From: Minisyncoccota bacterium
GTDB lineage: Bacteria; Patescibacteriota; Minisyncoccia; Phycocordibacterales; DASSSU01
Reading direction: 5' to 3'
Assembly: GCA_035708305.1 (NCBI GenBank)
Contig: DASSSU010000030.1
Coordinates: 9,649 to 73,648 of the forward strand
Length of the DNA: 64,000 nucleotides
A program made the position numbers and the translations under genes. The stretch's first letter is position 1. The number at the start of each line of letters is the position of its first letter. A model generated the notes under the pieces. That model saw only the letters and a list, made by a program, of their open reading frames with translations, was not told where the DNA came from and did no database searches. Below are positions 58,284 through 64,000 of the stretch, in pieces.

Positions 58284-60008
58284 ATGAAAACACTTTTACA
58301 AAAAACGAAACTTTGGATTCTTTCTCATAAAAAAATCGTTATTCTGGCGCTGGTGGTTATCATTGGCACAGGATACGGCGCTTCAAAAGTTTTGGGAAGC
58401 GGAACACCGGCAACGAAATATGTCCTTGCTGCCGCTACCCGCGGCACTATCATTTCGAGTGTGACTGGCAGTGGGCAAGTTTCTGCACAGAATCAGGTGG
58501 ATGTAAAAGCCAAAGCCTCGGGAGAAATTTTGAGTCTTCCTGTCCAAGCAGGCGAAACGGTGGGGGAAGGCGCGCTTCTCGCTTCACTTGATCCTGGCAG
58601 TGCAGCATATGATTTGCAAACGGCAAAACTCTCTTACGATCAGCTTGTGACCGTTGATCCAGACAAGCTTCGAAGTGCACAAGATTCTTTTTCTGATGCC
58701 AAGCAATCGCTCTCAGATCAGGAGTTGAGCGATCGTGCAACGCTTGAAAAGGCGGTTACGGATTTGTCTGACACCATGACCAGCCTGGATGAACTCTATC
58801 ACAAGGGCGATTATTTGGGTGCGGAAAGTTTCCAAAATCCTGATTTTGACCAAAATGCTCACACCCTTCGCGATGGGGCGCAACAAGACTGGTGGACTGC
58901 CGAAAATATGTTAACCGCTCTCCAGGCGAAATCTTCTTCGGTGAATGCAAACACGAGCGATGAAGAAATTGAATCATTGCTTGAGCAGGCGGATACAGTA
59001 GCGGCCTCGGTGGCAGAGGCGGCCAAATCCGCAAAAGATGCGGTAGCGTATGCGCGAAGCAGGGATGAACACAACAAAACCGCAGCGGACAGCGCTTACA
59101 CGAATGCTGTTTCACTTTCATCGACTGCAAACGGTATTGAATCCACGCTTGCTTCAGCGAAAAAGTCACTTACGGATGACAAAAGTGCGGTGGTAAATGC
59201 GCAGGATAGCCTTGCGGAAGTACAGGCGGGGCCAGATGCGCTTGATCTTCGTTCGGCCGATCTTTCAATTCAGCAAAAAGAGGAAGCCCTTGCGGATTAT
59301 ACCGTCCGCGCGCCGTTTGGCGGACTCATTGCGGAATTAGACGTGAAAAAAGGCGATACGGTTACGAGTGGGACCACGATCGCTACCATGATTACCAAGC
59401 AGAAAGTAGCGAATATTTCTCTGAGTGAAATCGATATTGCGAAAGTGAAGGTCGGGCAGAAAGCGACACTCACGTTTGACGCACTTCCGGATCTTTCTTT
59501 GACCGGAACCGTGGCAGAAGTCGATCCGATCGGCGCGGTCAGTCAGGGTGTGGTGAGCTACAGCGTGCAGATCACGTTTGACGCACAAGATCCGCGTATT
59601 CAGCCGGGCATGAGCGTTACGGCTGCGATCGTAACCGATGCAAAGCAGGATGTGGTGGAAGTTCCGATCAGTGCGGTACAGACGCAAGGGGGAACAAGCT
59701 ATGTTGAAGTTCCGCAGGGGAATGTTTCAAACGCTTCCGGCAGCGCTTTGGGCGGTGTTGCTCTTTCAATACCTCCGAAAAGAGTAATGGTTACCACCGG
59801 AGTTTCCGACGATACCTCGATTGAGATCATCTCAGGATTGAACGCGGGTGAAGAATATATCGCACGAACGATCGCAGCTTCAAGTGCGGGATCAGCCTCG
59901 AAATCATCCACTTCTCAGTCGGCACCGAGCTTGTTTGGTGGTGGGGCGGGGGCGGCCACGTTCCGTGTGGGCGGCGGTGGTGCAGCATTTGGACGAAGGG
60001 GAGGCTAG
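58284..60008 (+). CDS. HlyD/MacA-like periplasmic adaptor (membrane-fusion) protein
   Basis: N-terminal anchor ILALVVIIGTGYGA, long coiled-coil, lipoyl/beta-barrel region VRAPFGGLIAELDVKKGDTV, Gly-rich C-terminus. Confidence 0.75.
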   Translation: MKTLLQKTKLWILSHKKIVILALVVIIGTGYGASKVLGSGTPATKYVLAAATRGTIISSVTGSGQVSAQNQVDVKAKASGEILSLPVQAGETVGEGALLASLDPGSAAYDLQTAKLSYDQLVTVDPDKLRSAQDSFSDAKQSLSDQELSDRATLEKAVTDLSDTMTSLDELYHKGDYLGAESFQNPDFDQNAHTLRDGAQQDWWTAENMLTALQAKSSSVNANTSDEEIESLLEQADTVAASVAEAAKSAKDAVAYARSRDEHNKTAADSAYTNAVSLSSTANGIESTLASAKKSLTDDKSAVVNAQDSLAEVQAGPDALDLRSADLSIQQKEEALADYTVRAPFGGLIAELDVKKGDTVTSGTTIATMITKQKVANISLSEIDIAKVKVGQKATLTFDALPDLSLTGTVAEVDPIGAVSQGVVSYSVQITFDAQDPRIQPGMSVTAAIVTDAKQDVVEVPISAVQTQGGTSYVEVPQGNVSNASGSALGGVALSIPPKRVMVTTGVSDDTSIEIISGLNAGEEYIARTIAASSAGSASKSSTSQSAPSLFGGGAGAATFRVGGGGAAFGRRGG

Positions 60009-60018
60009 AGAATCAAAG

Positions 60019-60729
60019 ATGATTGAAATTCAAAACATTACGAAAACTTACAAAAGCGGCAGTCTGGAATTTCAGGCGCTGAAAGGAGTTTCTTTTTCGG
60101 TGGAAGACGGGGAATTTGTTGCCATTATGGGACCATCTGGATCGGGAAAATCCACGCTGATGCATATCTTGGGAGCGCTCGATACGCCCACGAGTGGCAC
60201 GTACCTGCTTGACGGAAAAGATCTTTCCACGCTTCCGGACGATGAGCTTGCCGATATCCGCAAAGAAAAAATCGGCTTTGTTTTTCAGTCTTTCAACCTG
60301 CTTCCACGTACGAGTGTTCTTCGGAATGTGGTGCTTCCACTGGTGTATGCGAGGGTGGAAGATGGAGAGCGGAAGGAACGTGCCAAAGAAGCGCTGATGT
60401 CCGCCGGATTGGAAGAAAAATATTTTCATCATCTTTCCAATCAGCTCTCTGGAGGACAGATCCAGCGGGTGGCGATTTCCCGCGCACTGGTCAACAACCC
60501 GTCGCTTATCCTTGCCGATGAACCAACGGGAAACCTTGATACGAAAACTGGCTATGTGGTGCTCGATACATTTCAGCGGCTAAACGAAAAACTGGGACGT
60601 ACGATCGTACTGATCACGCACGAAGAAGAAGTGGCAGAGCACGCAGATCGGATTATTTTTATCCGTGATGGACTGATCGTCAAAGATTCTAAGGATCACC
60701 AGAAGCGCCGTGCCCGCGCGCAGATTTAA
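60019..60729 (+). CDS. MacB/LolD-type ABC ATP-binding protein
   Basis: Walker [45 protein letters not shown]. Start at the ATG at 60019 (the track ORF extends to 59848 and overlaps macA). Confidence 0.9.
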   Translation: MIEIQNITKTYKSGSLEFQALKGVSFSVEDGEFVAIMGPSGSGKSTLMHILGALDTPTSGTYLLDGKDLSTLPDDELADIRKEKIGFVFQSFNLLPRTSVLRNVVLPLVYARVEDGERKERAKEALMSAGLEEKYFHHLSNQLSGGQIQRVAISRALVNNPSLILADEPTGNLDTKTGYVVLDTFQRLNEKLGRTIVLITHEEEVAEHADRIIFIRDGLIVKDSKDHQKRRARAQI

Positions 60730-60740
60730 AAAACATCGCT

Positions 60741-61961
60741 ATGAAATGGAACGACATTCTCGCAGAAATTTATTCCGCACTGATGGTGAACAAAGTCCGC
60801 ACGGTTCTTACTATGCTCGGAATTGTCATCGGCATTGGGTCCGTGATCTCCATGCTGGCAATCGGGCAGGGGGCGCAAAATTCCGTGGAGTCAAAGATAC
60901 AATCCGTAGGGGCAAATCTGCTCCAAGTCATGCCGGGGGCACAGCGGACTCCAGGAACGCGGGTGGCTTCCGCCCGCGGCTCTGCGGAGACCTTGACGCT
61001 TGATGATGCCACTGCCATAGAAAGCGATCCGCTCGTGAAGGCGGTTTCTCCAGAACTTGAAGGGCGATACCAGATCGTAGGAAATGGAAACAACACCAAC
61101 ACGACGGTCGATGGGGTGTATCCTGCTTATACCGAGGTGCGAAATGTGACGATGGAGCAGGGTTCGTTCATCTCCGGAGAACACGTACAGCAGCTTTCGA
61201 AAGTCGCCGTGCTCGGTCCAACAGTGCGCGATGATCTTTTCGGTGAAAACGCTTCAGTGGTGGGGCAAAAGATTCGCATCAATGGCACGCAGTTTACGGT
61301 AATCGGTGTCACAGCGGAAAAAGGCGGTTCCGGTTTTGGAAGTCAGGATGATATGATCTTTGTCCCGCTCAGTACCGAACAGCGCTTTCTGGTTGGTGGG
61401 AATTATATCTCCACACTTGGTGTTGAAGTTGCCAAGGAAAATGACATGACGGAAGCACAGCAGGAGATCACCAATCTTCTTCTGAGCCGGCACAACATTG
61501 CCGATCCACAAAAAGCCGATTTCAGTATTTTGAACCAGGCGGATCTGGTGGCCACGGCTTCAAGTGTGACACAGACATTTACGACGCTTCTTTCTGCGGT
61601 GGCAAGTATTTCGCTCATTGTCGGGGGAATCGGGATCATGAACATGATGCTCACCACGGTCACGGAGCGGACGAAAGAGATCGGACTTCGCCGGGCGATC
61701 GGCGCCAAGCGAAAGGACATCCGCACGCAGTTTTTGCTGGAGGCCGTGGTGCTCACACTTTTGAGCGGCTTGATCGGCGTGCTGGTCGGAGCTGGAATCG
61801 CTTTTGCCATGTCGCACTTTGGGATTGTGGAAGCGCAGGTATCGCTGAGTGCGGTGATCTTGGCATTTGGTGTGTCAGCGGCGATTGGAATTATTTTTGG
61901 GTATTATCCGGCAAGACGCGCGGCGGAGCTCAGTCCGATCGAAGCATTGCGTTATGAATAA
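60741..61961 (+). CDS. MacB-type ABC permease (FtsX-like domain with periplasmic MacB-PCD)
   Basis: N-terminal TM segment, large periplasmic domain, C-terminal FtsX region IGGIGIMNMMLTTVTERTKEIGLRRAIGAKR. Confidence 0.85.
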   Translation: MKWNDILAEIYSALMVNKVRTVLTMLGIVIGIGSVISMLAIGQGAQNSVESKIQSVGANLLQVMPGAQRTPGTRVASARGSAETLTLDDATAIESDPLVKAVSPELEGRYQIVGNGNNTNTTVDGVYPAYTEVRNVTMEQGSFISGEHVQQLSKVAVLGPTVRDDLFGENASVVGQKIRINGTQFTVIGVTAEKGGSGFGSQDDMIFVPLSTEQRFLVGGNYISTLGVEVAKENDMTEAQQEITNLLLSRHNIADPQKADFSILNQADLVATASSVTQTFTTLLSAVASISLIVGGIGIMNMMLTTVTERTKEIGLRRAIGAKRKDIRTQFLLEAVVLTLLSGLIGVLVGAGIAFAMSHFGIVEAQVSLSAVILAFGVSAAIGIIFGYYPARRAAELSPIEALRYE

Positions 61962-61972
61962 AGATTAAAAAT

Positions 61973-62458
61973 ATGAAATACAAAATTTGGGTGGTTGTTC
62001 TTGCGGTGGTAGTTGGAGGAGGGTTGTTTTATGGCGGTACAGTGTACGGAAAATCAGGAGGAGCGGTGGCGTCTTCGCGCAGCAGGTTTCAGCAGTTTTC
62101 GCGCGGACAATTCGCGTCTTCTTCAGCAATGGGGAATTTTGGCGGGCGCGGTGGCGGCGGGATGGTTGCAGGGCAAGTGCTTTCGAGCGATTCACAGGGA
62201 GTGACGGTCAAGCTTCCAACCGGCGGAACAAAACTGGTGTTTGTTTCCACATCCACAAAGGTCAGCAAGACGGTTGATGCGGCGCCAAGCGATCTTGCTA
62301 CCGGAACAAACATTGTGGTACAGGGAACGTCGAACTCTGACGGAAGTGTGACGGCAAGCACGGTGGAGATCCGACCGGCGGGAAGTGATTTTGGAATGCG
62401 AAATCCGGCCGCAGCGGGACAGTCGCAGCCGCAGCAGCCACAACAAACAGCGCAATAA
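61973..62458 (+). CDS. secreted Gly/Ser/Thr-rich protein (DUF5666-like)
   Basis: Signal/TM KIWVVVLAVVVGGGLFYGG. VTVKLPTGGTKLVFVSTSTKV and IVVQGTSNSDGSVTASTVEI repeats. Confidence 0.4.
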   Translation: MKYKIWVVVLAVVVGGGLFYGGTVYGKSGGAVASSRSRFQQFSRGQFASSSAMGNFGGRGGGGMVAGQVLSSDSQGVTVKLPTGGTKLVFVSTSTKVSKTVDAAPSDLATGTNIVVQGTSNSDGSVTASTVEIRPAGSDFGMRNPAAAGQSQPQQPQQTAQ

Positions 62459-62502
62459 ATTCCCACTCACACAGACAGCACAGGTGAAGCGCGAGAGTCT
62501 GG

Positions 62503-63228
62503 GTGATTTTCTTTTTCTCTGCTAAGATAAAAAGCATGGAGTGGAGAAAAGTGACCAAATTTTCCCAGGCAATGGCGATCCTTCTCGGAATTGTAATTTT
62601 TGTACTGGGAATCTGGATCGGGATGCAGATCGGACCGTCAGAAAGCAATTCTTCACAAGACAGTCTTTCGCATCATCTCACTGGAAAAGTGCCGGCGGCA
62701 AATTCACCCGAAGCGACCACAACAAAAACCACGGGCGCGGACGGAGCAGAGTGCTACCAAAACGCTCAGTATTTCGTGGTTTCCAAGCCGCACGGAGATT
62801 TTCCGGGAAATGATATTTTGATCAAGAGCAAAAGAACCGGTGAGAATGTTTCCTGCGAGTATGTGAAGGAAAGTGGGGATTTTGAAATCAGCCATTCTGA
62901 CGAAGCCGACTCCGTGCTTGCACTTACCGGGCACTTTCTCATCTTGGACAGCGGTACGGCACCGGATCCTCGGGGGCTCTCGGTGTATGATTTGCAAAAT
63001 GATCAGAAAACGTACACGGGCAAATATTCCAAGCCGGTCCAGGTTTCAAGTGGTTCTCTGACCTTTTGGGAACCGACAGATGCAGAGCCGACGGAAGAAA
63101 ATTGTCCCGATCTAAAGCAATACCAAACAAACGGACTGGGCGCAGAAATCGAAAAACAAGTTTCGCTTTCTCTGAACACCCTTGCTAAAGATGACCTCGG
63201 ACCAGAACGCTGCCAGGCTGTACAGTGA
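62503..63228 (+). CDS. membrane-anchored hypothetical protein
   Basis: TM segment AMAILLGIVIFVLGIWIGMQIG, then a soluble domain. Confidence 0.4.
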   Translation: MIFFFSAKIKSMEWRKVTKFSQAMAILLGIVIFVLGIWIGMQIGPSESNSSQDSLSHHLTGKVPAANSPEATTTKTTGADGAECYQNAQYFVVSKPHGDFPGNDILIKSKRTGENVSCEYVKESGDFEISHSDEADSVLALTGHFLILDSGTAPDPRGLSVYDLQNDQKTYTGKYSKPVQVSSGSLTFWEPTDAEPTEENCPDLKQYQTNGLGAEIEKQVSLSLNTLAKDDLGPERCQAVQ

Positions 63229-63302
63229 TTTTAAAAACAACAGGTAAAAACATAACCGATGAAAACACGAAACTAATTTTTTATTAAAAATAGTTTAACC
63301 AC

Positions 63303-63325
63303 TCCGCCTGCGGAGTTTTCGTGTA
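63303..63325 (+). terminator. possible terminator hairpin
   Basis: ACTCCG-cctg-CGGAGT followed by TTTTCGTG. Lies inside a longer imperfect palindrome. Confidence 0.35.
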
Positions 63326-63388
63326 TGTCAAAAAATAAATCATCGGTAGTGCTCTCGTGCAAAAACCCCCGGGGTAGTTCTTTTTATT

Positions 63389-63871
63389 TTACTTTTGCAA
63401 ATTTTTGATATCTTCCAGAATTTCGGCAACGTGCTCTTCTGGCTTCACGTTCTCGTAAATTTTGGCGATGTTTCCTTCGGGATCGATCAGGAATGTATTG
63501 CGGATCGTGCCCATGTAGTTTCTTCCCATGAATTTTTTCTCGCCCCAGGATTCGTATGCTTGGATCGTTTCGGTACTTTCATCGGAGAGGATAGAGAAGC
63601 TGAGGTGATATTTCTCATGAAATTTCTTGTGGGATTTGACGGAATCTTTTGAAACACCCAAAACCGCAACGTTTACATCATAGAGATCCTGCATAGCATC
63701 GCGGAAGCTGCACGCTTCTTTGGTGCATCCCGGCGTGTCGTCTTTCGGGTAAAAGTAGAGCACGAGGAATTTCCCCGCATAGTCAGAAAGCTGGTGCATT
63801 TCTCCATCCTGATCTGGAAGCTCAAACTCCGGCGCTTTTTGCTTTTCTTGTATTTTTTCCATAAATTTCAT
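63389..63871 (-). CDS. bcp: peroxiredoxin, Bcp type (thiol peroxidase)
   Basis: APEFELPDQDGEMHQLSDYAGKFLVLYFYPKDDTPGCTKEACSFRD contains the peroxidatic Cys in the TPGCT context. Start at the internal ATG (MKFMEK). Confidence 0.85.
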   Translation of the reverse strand: MKFMEKIQEKQKAPEFELPDQDGEMHQLSDYAGKFLVLYFYPKDDTPGCTKEACSFRDAMQDLYDVNVAVLGVSKDSVKSHKKFHEKYHLSFSILSDESTETIQAYESWGEKKFMGRNYMGTIRNTFLIDPEGNIAKIYENVKPEEHVAEILEDIKNLQK

Positions 63872-64000
63872 TATACCACATCGGTTTTTTCTTTTTTCGG
63901 GTAGTTTGAAACACTTGCAATTTTCTAAAAAGTGTTTTAAAGTGCGAACCGGTCTCAAAACAGTTCTTTGGAGGTTCCGATGAACTTGCAAGTATTCTGG

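Noticed and set aside
1-64000. CRISPR arrays, integrases, transposases or reverse transcriptases (including DGRs common in CPR genomes)
   Set aside because: No regularly spaced direct repeats were seen on inspection. No ORF shows integrase (R..H..R..Y), DDE transposase or YxDD reverse-transcriptase motifs.

Overview
The window looks like a chromosomal segment from a small-genome bacterium that makes peptidoglycan. It uses the standard code: TGA, TAG and TAA all terminate intact genes, and an RF2 gene is present. Genes are short and tightly packed. Many products are secreted or membrane-anchored proteins of unknown function, including DUF5666-, DUF2267- and DUF1653-type proteins. From this I infer a CPR/Parcubacteria-like organism, but that is not proven.

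The recognisable housekeeping genes are a class-V cysteine desulfurase, prfB, ftsE-ftsX, pyrG, pyk, a pgl-gnd-zwf oxidative pentose-phosphate cluster, a peroxiredoxin and tRNA-Gln(CUG). Interleaved with these are several envelope and accessory blocks:
- a very large secreted beta-helix/LCAT-like lipase fusion protein;
- an orphan ATP-grasp ligase sitting next to a lytic transglycosylase;
- a large FN3/peptidoglycan-binding surface protein downstream of the tRNA, followed by a zone of gene decay (a NUDIX fragment and a multiply frameshifted DUF924 gene);
- an ABC-2 exporter;
- an archaeal-type PurO-like IMP cyclohydrolase;
- a ddl gene interrupted by an in-frame TAG;
- a cyanophycin-synthetase-like ATP-grasp gene facing a truncated CofE-like fragment, with an APH-family kinase and other genes nearby;
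- a GT4 / DedA / DedA / GT2 / DedA lipid-carrier glycosylation cluster;
- a PgaC-like processive GT2 synthase with a putative hydrolase partner and an MsbA-like exporter;
- an ECF sigma/anti-sigma pair followed by a MacA-MacB(FtsX) efflux system.

I found no CRISPR array, integrase, transposase or reverse transcriptase. The observations most worth following up are the interrupted ddl, the minimal UGA-terminated uORF overlapping an N-terminally short prfB, the two unusual ATP-grasp loci, and the triple-DedA glycosyltransferase cluster. All coordinates are approximate to +/-1-3 nt because they were derived by hand from the ORF track.
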